DNA of 64,000 bases, from assembly GCA_009103225.1 (NCBI GenBank), contig RHPI01002402.1:1-64000 (forward strand), in the 5' to 3' direction. Shown here piece after piece: positions 50,291-63,183 of this stretch. Within the stretch, counting starts at the first letter, position 1, and each line of letters begins with the position of its first letter. The translations under genes were made by a program, and so were the position numbers. This DNA comes from Chlorokybus atmophyticus. Its lineage: Eukaryota; Plantae; Mesostigma and Chlorokybus algae. Under the pieces are notes generated by a model that saw only the letters and a list, made by a program, of their open reading frames with translations, was not told where the DNA came from and did not search any database.

Positions 50291-50873
50291 AGTCAGTGTG
50301 ACGCGCCTGTCGCTGGTGTGCAACTTCTGTACAGCCTGACATATACCTATCATCTCGAGTGTTGTGTAGTATATTGGTGGTTGACTGATGGATATACAGT
50401 TGCCGCGTGTTGTTCACGCTGCCCTGTGGTAATCTTGATGAGTACCAGGTGTACAGCCATGCAGGTTCTGTGGGTTGAGTGTGAGTCTGTGTCCGCGCAT
50501 GGTGAAAGGGAATTGCTGTTGACCTATTTCCAAGGTCCAGTCTCAGCACTCCAACTTGTGTCTGAGGTCATCCACTTGACTCTGGTCAAGTGCTCCCGAA
50601 GCAGTATCAAAAGATTCAATGAGTATCCCAGTTACAGTTCCTCCTTGATGTTTGAAGACTCCAGTCATCCAACCCTAATAAGAGTTACCACCAACACCTG
50701 ATGACAGTACTGATTGTACCAGAATGACAGACGTCCAGTGATCCAGATTCTATGCCAAAGTGCGCATGCATGCACTGCTGCGTGCACAAAAGCACAGATC
50801 AGTTGCGTGCCCCATTTTATACATACATAGCAAGTGGCAACATTGCTGAATGGGCTACATAATATACGCATGC

Positions 50874-52213
50874 TTATAAGCGCAGTCTGCGTCGCCGAAC
50901 CGGATCCTCAAAGAAACGCTTTCCTCGGCATATCGGGCACGTGCATACGCACTCCCCACGGCACTGCGGGCACATGTTGAATCCAGCACCTGTGAAGATC
51001 TGGCACAAAGCAAGTCCACGTGTGCTTTATATAAGTCATATGTGCTTTATATAAGTCATATGTGCTTTATATAAGTCATTTAGGTAACAGTCGTACGCAG
51101 TTTAAGAACGTCTTGTACAGGACACAGGTGCCACATACCTGGCCTTTGCCGTTGCACAGGTCGCATCTAACTATGCCCTGTCCATCGCACTCCTCGCACA
51201 CCGGCAGCTGCACACACACGCACACAATGCCTCGAGTCATACAGCATCATGCAGCACGTACACGCAATATTGCAATAGCTGGTTGGTTCTGTGCATGGCA
51301 ACACCGCAATCATTGCATGTGATGACTGCAGTGTTGTCATGCACGCACAGGGAGTGCCAGCGCGGACAGAGCGAGTGTGTCTCGGTGCGGCGCTTGTGCG
51401 CTGCCTGGGTATTGCAATGCAGGTGAATCGCACAACCCATTTTACATTCAACCCCAACTACACACGTGTCACATGCTATGTGTACATCTCTCATTCAATC
51501 TGTCCAGAGCAACTCGTGTGTGACGCGCTGGGGTATAATGTGCAATGCATGTGTGCATGCGTAGGTATGTGCCTGAGTGTGCATGTTTACAAGTATGCGC
51601 TTGCGCAAGCATCTGTACTGTGTGCGCGCCAATGAGTGCGCGTGCGCATGTTCACGTGCATGTGCATGCATGCGTGGGCGTGGCTGCATTGCCATTCACC
51701 ACTACAACCAACCAACTGACCACCCCAAACCGTGCTTCTTGCATGCCTTGCTCACAAAGAGCATGTCCCACATCCACCCACCCTCCCACTCCACCCACTC
51801 ACCGATTTGGTCACCGGCACGGTCGCGAGCGTCACTACGAGGAATCCCAGCAGCAGTCCCCACGTGGCCCCGTCCACAGCGTACCTCACGGCGGTCTTCA
51901 GCAGAGTCCCCCAGTCGACGCTGGCGAGGCCGCCGCCGCCGCCGCTGGTCACGGCGCCCAGGAGAAAGGCGCGGGGAGGTTGGTGTGGCTGTTGTTTGGG
52001 TGTGAAGGGATGTGTTTGATGGTGTGGTGGGCGAAGAGGGGAGAGTGGTTTGCGGGGTGGGGGAGTCGTCAAGCGGCGACGGTGCTGACTTGTTGATGGC
52101 GGTGGGGTTGCGTGGAGAAAGGAGGTGGAGGAGCAGGAGCAGGAGCAGGAGCAGGAGGAGGAGGAGGAGGATAAATGCAGGCCAGTAGTCGGGGGGAGGA
52201 AGCGAGGTAACAT
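50874..52213 (-). CDS. DnaJ-type zinc-finger (CxxCxGxG) protein with Ser-rich transit-like N-terminus and one TM segment; 3 exons
   Basis: TM GATWGLLLGFLVVTLATVPV; exon 2 LPVCEECDGQGIVRCDLCNGKGQ (51207-51139); exon 3 CPQCRGECVCTCPICRGK. Confidence 0.85.
51021..51079. repeat. Intronic 20-bp tandem repeat x3 (tgtgctttatataagtcata)
   Basis: Direct reading. Confidence 0.95.
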
Positions 52214-53194
52214 TCAATGGTTCCCTTATGATATGAGTGTTGTGGTAAACGGCCTCGGCGACAAGCACAGAGGCATGTCAAAGTGACGCAGCCGCCTCGC
52301 CGCCGCGTCCTCGTCCGCCGCCGCCGCCGCCTTATTCCTATTCGCAGTGTTGTAATCCTGTTGAAATGCAAATGCAGCCGAGATCTAGATACATGAACAT
52401 GTCTGCCGGGCAGGCTCTGCCCTCAACATATATACAGAGCCACGTTCGGAAAGCGCTTGGATGCGCTTATATGAAGGTGCTTTACCTCGAAATAAGAGCG
52501 TCCAGCCTTTTTGCTCCTATAGCAAGGGTTACGCCAAAAGTTTGCCTCATGCACGTCCAAAAATATAAAAAGTTGCTCTCATGTAATGTGACACAGGGGA
52601 TATGTCTTGTCGAGGGCTCGTATACCGAGCTTCCGACGGATCCAGATCCGTCGGGCTTAAGATTTCAACCTAACCTGAACTGTTGTAAAAAGTGGTCACA
52701 GTCATCTAACGTTGTACGTTGAATAACTGAGACACAAACGGTACGAGCTCAATGAGATACACCCTGTACCCTACTCAAGAGGGTATGTGTGTACACTAAA
52801 CACGTACGGCTTGCTGTTTATGGTACACTTCGTACCCCTCACTCAGTAAGCGACTGCACTGAACAACCGTGTGGAAGAATATTGAAGTTGGTATTGAGGA
52901 GCAACTTCGTACAGAAACGTAGTACAATCCATGCAGCAGTGGTACACTGGTACCCATGGTTTGCCGTGCATTCCAGATTGACCACTGGTACGATTTCCGG
53001 CCAGCAGGGCTTTTCCTTGCCAAGTACATAAGTGATTACGGTGGACGAGGGTCACGTCACGGGCAACTCGACTCGTCGGCGGAAGGCGGCGGAGTGGAGC
53101 GGAGGGGCGTAGTTTGAGTGAGTGTGCAGTTTATAGGTTGCAAAGCTGGTTGAGGTACTATTGTCAATTCGCCCGTTGACTGAAGCACAGCGCC

Positions 53195-53229
53195 ATGGCC
53201 AACGCCAAGAGGTGAGAGTCCGAGAGAGA

Positions 53230-53271
<42 letters not shown>

Positions 53272-55046
53272 CACACACAATATCTCTGTGTATGCCAGTA
53301 AAACTCTGTGTACGTGTGTGTCTCATCACTTCTCTTCTCCTGCGTGCGCCAAGGTTTGATGGCAAGGTCTTTCTTGTGACTGGGGCGAGCAGCGGCATCG
53401 GTGCTGTGACGTCGGAGCACTTGGCCGCCCAGGGCGCCCACGTATGGGTCGCCGCACGACGACAGGACCAACTCGACGCACTGGTCGCTAAGATCAACGC
53501 AGCAGGGGGGAAAGGTGTGTCTTGCATGCGTGATATTCTGATGCATTAAAGGAAGGGTAGAACCGTTGATGAATACTACTGACTTGGCACTGCTCTGAGT
53601 GTAAATGGAATACGCTGCTGATTGGTCGTCTGCATTGTCAACGAGTCAATGTGTCAATCAGCTGGGCAATCGATTGGATGGTTAGATGTTCGTTGCTTAG
53701 TTGGTCGTGTGAGCAGTCAAATCTAACGGTTAGTTGGGATGGTTAGTGCTTCGTTAACTGTTGGTGTGTGCAAACAGCCACTGCTGCTGTGCTGGACGTG
53801 ACTGATGCCGCGCAAGTTGACAAGGTAAGAAACTCCCTTTCTCCTCTCCTGGTGCATTAACATCATCGTTTGGTCGAGCCGTTGTCCACGACACGTTGCA
53901 TCAACAGCTGTGTGTATCGTTCATCAGGTCGTTGCGGACATTGCCACAGCGCATGGCAGACTAGACGGGGCCTTTAACAATGCAGGTGAGCAGTGGATGA
54001 TGTCATCTATGGATTGTCAACACTCATGTGGGACAGCACGCATGGGTGCACTCCCACATGTATGCATGCACGCACTGGCATTACACGCGCACGGTTACCC
54101 ACATGCACATGCCCCCCCTCCCCCTCAACCCACATTCGCACGTGCGCATCTGCACGCACGCACACACGCAAAGACATGCGCACATTGCGGCTTGCTACGG
54201 CACTCTCCCGTATCCAAGTCCACTGTTCTCATCCACCCCACCCCACCCNCACCCACCACCATTTCACGCAGGCTACGCCGGTCCCAGTCTTCCCGTGTCC
54301 GAGACGGACCTCGACGACCTCGCTCGCGTTCTATCCATCAACGTGACGGCTCAGGCGGCCTGCATGCGGGCGGAGCTGAGGCAGATGCTCGCGCAGGGCG
54401 GCGGCGGGTCCATCGTCAACAACTCGTCCGCCGCGGGGACGAAAGCGCTCGCGCTCACGGCAAATTATTGCGCGAGCAAGGCAGCACTCAACCACTTCAG
54501 CCTATGCGCAGCAGCTGAGGTACATAAGCTCTGTTGGTTTTCCCGCTGTTGCGTGTGCGCTTGTCTTTGGAATCTCCCCCGTACTATTATGACGTTGGTC
54601 TTATGCTCACATGCATACATGACAAGTGCGTGCATCTGCATGACCATTCGTGCGAACGCACAAGTACATCGGCGTGAGCGTGCGCTTCTCACGCAATCTG
54701 TCACAAAAGCATACTCACACATGCACACGCGCGCACGCGCATACCCACCCACCCACCCACCCACTTGCAGGTTGCCAAGTCCGGCGTGCGCATCAACGTG
54801 GTTGCTCCCGGTTTCACCACTCCATCGGAAATGTTTGACAAGACGCTGGCTCAGTGGGCCGCTCTCAACCCCGACATGAGCAAAGAGGTCATCGCCGAGA
54901 AGTTTGTGCCGATCGGCAGGATTGCCGACGCCGAGGAGATCGCAGCCATGGTCGCGTACCTCTTCGACGACACGGTGGCGAAATCCATCACGGGACAGAT
55001 CATTGGGGTGGATGGTGGGGCTGGAATGAACTTTATGGCGCCGTGA
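53195..55046 (+). CDS. Classical short-chain dehydrogenase/reductase
   Basis: VTGASSGIG (TGxxxGxG); LDVTD; LDGAFNNAG; IVNNSS; YCASK (YxxxK); VRINVVAPG; PIGR; ITGQIIGVDGG. Confidence 0.97.
53221..53268. repeat. (GA)n/(TC)n microsatellite in SDR intron 1
   Basis: Direct reading. Confidence 0.9.
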
Positions 55047-55695
55047 AGTTGCCCGCAAAAGACCTGAGTTTTGCTGCCTTTCGCTCTTGTAAGATGTACT
55101 GCAATGAGTGTGTACAGCAAAGTTGTGTTCGCAACAGCCACTACTGGCTGTTGACTGTATAGGGTTGAGCCTTGGTCATGACCTGGCTTTCCATCATGGA
55201 GAGGCAGCGATTGCTTGTGAATTCACCATTTTTTGCTTGTCGACAATATGTGAGCCTGTCAACCGCGCCCCAATAAGAGCACACGCACACAGATAGAAAC
55301 TTATGCAGGCAATGTGACTGCCATCCGGTTGCATGGATGGTTAATTTGTGGCAGTCCTAGTTGCCAATGCGCTACTACTTGTGGACCAGTGTGGCTGATA
55401 TGACGTGATAGGAAGTCAGAAACAGGACACTATTGTGACGAGTTGTAGTGAACACCTGAACGCATTTCCCAACTCTCGAGTCATCTCATTCTCAGCAACT
55501 GCTTACAACAACTGTCGTTCACAAGCCAGCACACATGTCACCCGCAAGCCAGCTGTGCAACGCAAATGTCAAGGGCAATAATGTGGAAATGCGCATCAAG
55601 TGCGAGTTCAAACACTTAAGGTCCAGCAGTCTGCGTGTCAAGAATCTAGAATAACAATACTGTAGTGCTTGCCTGCCATTTGTGCATGTTAATTT

Positions 55696-58600
55696 CTACA
55701 CTACGAGCGTAACCGGTGTGTCCGTATCAGTTCCTGGCAACACCTGCACATTTCGACAGTAAGCAATGTCATATCAAGTACTCTTCCATACAAGCCGGAA
55801 GTTACAGAGCGAGAAAGTCATAACACACATCTTAGCGGCATGCAACTTGCCTTGCCAATGACAGCAGCTTGGGTGTAGCCGGCCTGCCTAAGCGCACTCA
55901 GACAGCTGTCAGCCTCCTCTGCTGGGACAGATGCTAGCAGCGGGCCCGCAGTCTGAGGATCAAACAAGAGCGGATACGCAGCTGCCGACGAAGCCTGCGC
56001 AACAAGCAAATCCACCAATACAATATAAGCAGCAACATCTCTGTGAGAAGGGCACGATGCAAGAAGTGGCTTCTGAATAATCACCTCCCCAATATTTGAG
56101 ATGGCTCTGCTCAAGCGTATGTTATCAGGATGCAATGAGCTGAAGATGCCAAGATGCGTGCACTCCACTGCGCCGGTTAAAATAGGCAGCGCCGACACGT
56201 TGAAACTAACGTCCACTTGCGACGCCTTTATCATCTCAACAAGGTGTCCTGCAAAAAACCAGACAAGTCAAGCACAGACGGTGCATCACAACACTATGAC
56301 GAGGCAATAGTTCATACCTAACAGTCCAAAGCCAGTCACGTCTGTGCACGCACTCGCGCCATGCTTCATGAACACACTGCCGGCGTCCTGCTGCGACTGC
56401 AGCATGCTGGCCACCGCCTCAGATATCCAGCTGCCTCTGGCTTTGCTTTGCATGTCCGCAGCAAACAACGTACCAGTGCCTATGGGTTTGGTGATTATCA
56501 AGACATCACCCACCTGCATACCGCCCTGCATGAACGCTTGTTGTGAAGCAACAGTTTACGCGAAACACATTACACATAAACACAACATAACAAACTAGCA
56601 TCTACATGTGTCGTCATCACCTTGCGCATGAGCTGAGTTGGGTCTATGACGCCTGTCACAGAGAAACCCAGGGACAGCTCTATGCCCTCTGCACTGTGCC
56701 CGCCAACAAGTGCACAACCCGCACTCTTTAGCACTTGCAAAGCTCCTGCCAACAGTTGGTAAAGCTCCTCTTCAACCTGCACAAGATAGCGTAAACACGA
56801 ACAGTACAACCACTCAACCGCACATGCGTCACTCTACCTTGCTGTCAAGGCCGTGCGGAACTGTAGCGATGGCCAAAGCTGTTAGGGGCTGCGCGCCCAT
56901 AGCGTAACAATCACCAAGCGCGTGGTTGGCGGCAATGCTGCCGAAAGTGTACGTGTCCTCTATGAATGAGCGAAAGAAGTCCACTGTGTGCACAGTCACC
57001 ATGCCATCAGGTATCTTCACAACAGCCGCATCATCCGGCGAGTCCAACCCAACCAACACCTCTGGCCTGCACAACATCAACAAGCCTGATGCAACGAGTT
57101 TCCAAAGATCACAACATTACCAAGTGTGTACCTTGTTGGAACATCAAGCCGTGCCAACACCCGCGAAAGAACGGATGAGCCGATCTTTGAGCCGCATCCC
57201 CCGCATCGCATAGGCGCAGTGGTGATGGCGCTCAGAGCGTGCGCGCCAGACGCTACGGCCACAGCTGGCAGTTGCGGCTGCTGATTTTGCATGGCGGGAA
57301 GGTTGGTGTACTTGGCCATCCATGCGCGATCAATGTAGTCCTATAGAAATGCACATGAGCAATGAGAGTTGAGTACACCAGATACTAATAAAAAGGTTGT
57401 GTGCGAACCTTCACTGTCCAAAGCCATCCACCCTCAAAGCACCAACCGCTCCGGTGCGCAAGAGCGTACTGGTCACCTGTTCTGCCAAAAACAGGAGCGC
57501 ACTCAGCAGTAGGTGAAAACAGCTGTGAGAACAAACAGACTATGCCTGTCCACGCACCCAATTAGGGACAAGTAGTTGGTCTGCGGCACATATGGCAGCA
57601 ATGGCTGGTTAAGCAAGGCGCGCCGCAGATTCTCGGCCAACGGCGGACCCTGCATGCATGTCAGCGCGTGCGCGCGCGTGTGTGTGAGAGAGAGCATATG
57701 TGCGTACACATCTTAACACAAACCATATTCTTTTGGGTATGTGCGTCAATTATTCGCTACTGTGCCAGGACATGACTTGGGCCGACGACATCAACTTACA
57801 GCTCTCACGGCAAACACGCCTGCTTTTGGCCTTGGGTGTATCAACGAGGCCGAGACGTCACCCGCTGCAAACACGCCCAGTTGCTTCACTGCTTGCAAGC
57901 ACTCGTCCACATATACAAAACCATCCGGGTCTGATGCCAACCCCGATGATCCCAACCACTCTTGCGCAGAGGCCTGCGCATACGTACAGCTGAGCCCTCC
58001 AGCAACGCAGCGCTGCATGTGTGCAACGCGTGTTTAAACACCTGTGTACACCAGATGCATTCATCGAACGGGAAACTGGTCCCATCTGCGCTGTACAGGA
58101 CGCCTTCAGCTACTCGGGCAATCTGTGTATTTGAGTGGACTGCAACACCTGCGACATAGAGTAACATAAGTGAGGGGACCTGCAATTGCAAATTAACAGT
58201 CTGCATGTTCTTTTACAAACACACCTCGCTGTTTAAGTATGCGCGCCATTTTGGAACGAGCGGTCTCATTGTATCTTGAGAGAAGCTTGCTTCGCGTGAA
58301 AAGAGAAAAGGATATCAGATCGGGCGGTTTGCCGACCGCCTGCAAGCATGGTAAGCTTAAACCTCTCTTCAAAAGCATGACAGAGAGGCATGCAGAACAT
58401 TCAAAGATGCGTATATGGGTACCTGCAGCTCTTTGCGCAATCTATGGTCCATTGATAGAGTAAGCTCAACACCGGCTGGTCCACCTCCAACCATTGCGAT
58501 GCACATTGGCTGCAAGAGTACACTGCCAAATTGAGTCACAATATAGCAGCCAATATGCAATGACAGTTAAAGGCACACCTTTGTGGCAGCTACAACTCGA

Positions 58601-59727
58601 GCAATAAGCGGGTGCCAGCGTGCACCAAAAGAATAGATCGGCTTTACTGGTGTCGTGTGCTCAGAGGCGTTCTCAACACCTTTGGACTGTGCGCCATAAC
58701 AATGAGATAAGACAACTACTTGCAGGATGAGAGCAGCAAGTCTACAACCACAGACTCACCGATGGTGTACTGCCAATGTCCAATGACAGAACATCGTATA
58801 AAATAGGAGGCCGTCCTTCAAGCTGCACTTGCTTGCCCTAGCTTAAATGCAGGTCCATAGTGTTGATGTTCATGACAATCATGATGATGATGATGGTGAT
58901 GATGAAACGGCAAGCTACATTCAGCTTCACATCACACCAACCTGCAGGTTCAGGCCATTAGCCCTTGCATGCATTAGGCGTGCGCCAGCAAAGCGTGCCA
59001 GTCGCTGGAGGTCGATGTGGCACTCATCATAGCTGTAGTGCCCTGTATGTAAAGCCATACTTTAGCCAACCATTCCAGGCAAGCATGCGCGTCGAGATGA
59101 TGGTAGAACCACTAACCTGCCACCCATCCTGGTAGCATGCCGCTGTATGGCGTCATGACATCGCTTGTGACCAGTGTGACCCTTACGCCAGGCATGGGTT
59201 TCATCCTAAAGTTCTTGAGTACGTGCACATGGCTGCGAGACAGCGGTGATGGTTAATTACTGTGTTAAGCAAACGGAGAGAGGCGGTGCTAACGCACATA
59301 CACAACCCCTGAGTTTGCGATTAATACAGAGACAGGCAATTAACGGTGAGCAGCAATCAGCCCTCAACCGCGTACAACGCAAGACAGTGAAAGTTACACG
59401 TTAAACTCGTTCAGTCACGTATAGAGTAACAAGAATGTTGTACACATGTCTACATGCACTGGTGTTGATGTTTGCAATCTTGTCTTGACAACAGCGGGAT
59501 GGTCGTGCAACAAGTAAGGTACCACAAGCTGCAAGGTTCGTGACTCATGTCGCACACAACCACAGTCGTAGGTGCACAATTACAACTAGTATGCTACCAC
59601 AAGCTGCCAGGTTTAACACGAAATGGTGGTACATGCTGAATGCAAGGACAGCAACTACAACCAACCTGTGGCCGCCACCTACGAGCACCAGATCCTTCAC
59701 TACAGGGGTGCGAGTAGAGTTTTCCAT
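55696..59727 (-). CDS. selD: Fusion of an FAD-dependent pyridine nucleotide-disulfide oxidoreductase (NADH-dehydrogenase-like) and selenide,water dikinase (selenophosphate synthetase); N-terminus may extend upstream
   Basis: [11 protein letters not shown]; TPYSGMLPG; [12 protein letters not shown]; VGGGPAGVE; FAAGD; IDRAWM. Then MRCGGCGSK; DDAAV; TVDFF; [13 protein letters not shown]; LVGGHSAEG; TKPIGTG; [12 protein letters not shown]; DPQTAGPLL. Confidence 0.95.
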
Positions 59728-60859
59728 CAAAGCAGCAGCTGCTTGCCTACTTCCTCGCAACAGCAGCACGCCTGATTGTCGTTGCGCAGTAGGAGGAGCC
59801 GCAGGCAAATGCAGCAGCAGCAATTGCTATATGCTTTTAGGCTGCATGCTTCCCCGATAGCCCACGACAGCAACCATCACAGCAGCAGCAGCCTACAGCT
59901 ACCGCCGCCGACGCCACCGCCGCCGAGCCTGCCCCTCATGTCCGTAGCAACAATCAGTTCGCCTTGGAGTCCAAGCAGCGCTTGCGAGTAAGGCGACGAG
60001 GCTGCGGAGGCCAAGGTGGATGTGTAGGAGGTAAAGGGGGAGGTGGCGGCTGGAGCGGTGTTGGCCACGCAGAGTAGGGAGGACGTTGTACTACTTGTGT
60101 TTTAGCAAGCAAGCAAACAGGTAGCCAGGGTGGTGGAGTGCTTTAACGCTTGTACGCCGTTGCCTTGCGCATGAGCGGCAGCAATCTTCTGTTCAACAAG
60201 CTGTTGGAGTCAGGGTTTGTACTCGTTTCTAAACGTTTCGCTGCCTGTTCAAGCCAGGCTGCTTGAACGCGCGTGTTTTCCCCGTGCTGGACAGTTCACA
60301 GGTGGGTGACGATTGATAAAATGAGTTGTTGCCGACGGCATGCATGTGTGAAAAAAACGGTCGCACTAATTACTTCAGAGTCACTTCACTGCAGACAAGT
60401 GTCGAGTATATACCAAAGACTAAAAGAACAGAAGCTCATAGTCTTGTCAATGAAGGAGAATCGAGGCTGTCTATCTTAAGCTGGTACAACGCTTGCCCGT
60501 CGATAGAGTAGTTACATTAACCATGGTGCAAGCAGGATAGGCGTGCATGTGCTTGTTTCTGCACAGCAATCACGTGTCTCGCCAAGTCCCTCGCTGTACT
60601 GCGTGCTATTTGGCATTACGACCACAGCATCTGAATTCGTTAGCATCTAATGCTTATTATTGAACGCCGCTGGCAACTGCAGCCACATACAGAGCAATTG
60701 TGCAGCTGCACTACGGCAGTTGCATGCACTATTACACGAAGAGCAGCTGGTACTGTGATAGGGCTTGCACTTTTGCAGCTGCATGAGTTTTCAACAATCC
60801 CGGCAGGCCGTTGGCTCCTGCGCCAATTAATTGGCCGCCCTGTTAGCAGGCGTGTCAAG

Positions 60860-63183
60860 ATGCAAGCAGTCAGTGCTTCAAGCACAGCTATAGTAAGCTC
60901 CCTGCCAGCCTTCACAACTGTGTCGAGGCAGCAGGCGCGTTCCATACAAGAACAGAGAAGAAGGCACAACAAACACGCACAGTTTGGCTCACGGGAGTTG
61001 TTGGCTAACTCGCTCGATGCCGGCGTACTGCAACAATGCGGCCGCAAGCCTATCAGCCGTGTCAAGACGGTTGCATGCGCCGACAACTCCGCTGCACAGC
61101 AAGCCGTGCGTGAAGACTCGTCCAGTGTGCTGAAGTGGGTGTCAGCGCTTTCTACTGCACCGGACTGGACCGCTGCTATGGACGAGCTTGCGACAAGTGT
61201 CATCAGCCAGACAAGCACTAACTCGTACGATGTGGGCTTTCTGTTCGTCACCACCAGTTTCGCATTCTCTTTCCAGGAAGCGATTGACCATTTGGCACAC
61301 AAGCTGAAGGCAAGTTTTGAGCAAAGCAAAACAGAGTTCGACTTATACAAAAAGTGGTCTGCTGTCCTGATTGTGACATGGTGCAGATTAAACAGCTCAT
61401 TGGTTGTGTTGGAGGTGGTGTGGTAGGCGCTCAACAAGAGCTTGAGATGGTTCCGGGTGCTTCGCTCTGCGTTGGCAACCTACCAGCTGACAGTCAGGTA
61501 TATCAGCACGTGGCCTCATGCGAGTATGGGTCCCCTGTCCCGCTCGCGTTCAGTATGGCGTTATCTTGGCCAGGTGCATTCACGTGGTTTGTAGAGCCTC
61601 AGCACATGCAATCGTACTGCATGCTGAGATCTGATATGTAGTGTCACCCTCAGGCTGAGTCGTAGATAGGCAAGTTGGCATGTCACGAGCAAAGCAGGCA
61701 CTGCACCCGTAGCCATGCTTGCCATTGGTTCTGCTTGGTTTGCTAAAATCAGTTGCTGCGACCTACCATACAATTGTTTACAAGTGTTTTAAAACGTCAC
61801 TGCCTGTTAGCACTTACTACTCCTAGCTCGCTCCCATGCCTGTTCATTGTTCATGCGTTGCAGCATGAGTCTCGTATGTATGCATGAAAGACTGCACAAC
61901 ACTTACTTATCAAACTATGCGCACATGCAGGTCAAACCTTTCTTTCTGACTGCCAGCAGCATGCCTGATCTGGACAGCAGGCAAAGCGCCTGGTACGATG
62001 CATTGGGGTTCACGCCACAGCCATCAGAGCCGCCGCCCGCTTTTGTACTGTTCGCTACACCGGACTCACCCGTGGCAGAGATTTTACAAGGGCTGGACTT
62101 CGCTTTTCCTGGCTCAACGAAGATTGGCGGCTTAACTGTCACGCCCACCCTCAACATCGACACACTGTTTGTGGATGGTGAACTGAAACGTAGGTACTTG
62201 AAGCTGTGCCAAGGCTGGCTTACTCACCCTATCTACATGCACTGAGCATTTTATACTCTGCTTGCTCAGGTGGTGGTGTTGCTGGCTTGATCATCTCTGG
62301 CAACGTTGAAGTTGCAAGTATTGTTGCTCAAGGCTGCCGTCCGGTAGGACAGATTCATACAATCACCAAGGCCTCGAAAAACGTCATCTTGGAACTGGAC
62401 GGCAAGCCAGCTGTGCAAAGCATCATCGAGTTGTTGGAGAGAGCAGGTAGGTAGGCTGGGGTGTGTTGAGCAGTTGACTTGTCAGCATCTCCTCCGACCA
62501 TACACCCAATATTACACTTGGCAGAGTCGACGGACAAACAGCTCATCCGCTCTGCCCTCTTCACCGGCATCGTGCGCGATGAGTTTACGACGGAGCCTGC
62601 TCCAGGGGACTACTTGATACGCCAACTGTTGGGACTTGTCCGTGACAATGGCGCACTTGTGGTTGGTAAGTGAAGTGATTGGTACATGTCTCATGACTGT
62701 CAAATGTGCGATCAGTATAGTACAAGTTCAGTAGCTGCCTCATCGTATGTACGTATTGACAGTGCTTGTATGTTTTGTACTTTTTGTGCAGGGGACTACG
62801 TTCGCACTGGGCAGCGTCTTCGCTTCCATGTGCGCGATGCGCAGACGAGTCGCGAGGACATCAGCACGTTGTTGGCTCGCTTCCGCAGCGAGCGCGCTTT
62901 GTCGGCCAGCGTTGATGACACGGACTTGTCCAGTCAGCAGCAGCAGCCGATCGGCGCGTTGATGTTTGCATGCACAGGGCGAGGTGTCGGGTTGTACGGT
63001 GAGGCCGACTTCGACACGCGTACGTTCCACCAGCTCTATCCCAACGTTCCAATGGCGGGCGCTTTCGTCAACGGCGAGATTGGACCTGTTGGCAGCGGTG
63101 CATTCAAGCAGACGTTCCTCCATGGATTCACCAGCGTTGTGGCTTTGGTGTATCCAAGAGGCTGTAACAACGTTGAAGCGTAA
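60860..63183 (+). CDS. FIST N/C-domain protein (cyanobacterial type) with a putative plastid transit peptide
   Basis: WVSALST; LIGCVGGGVVG; GLDFAFPGSTKIGGL; VAQGCRPVG; DYLIRQLLG; QRLRFHVRDA; ALMFACTGRG; PMAGAFVNGEIGP; FLHGFTSV. Confidence 0.92.

Noticed and set aside
52400-53050. Hairpin ccgacggat-ccag-atccgtcgg (~52633-52654) and protein-like broken frames (FQIDHW) as a Helitron end or HNH relic
   Set aside because: There is no CTRR terminus after the hairpin and the frames are short and stop-ridden; the evidence is insufficient.
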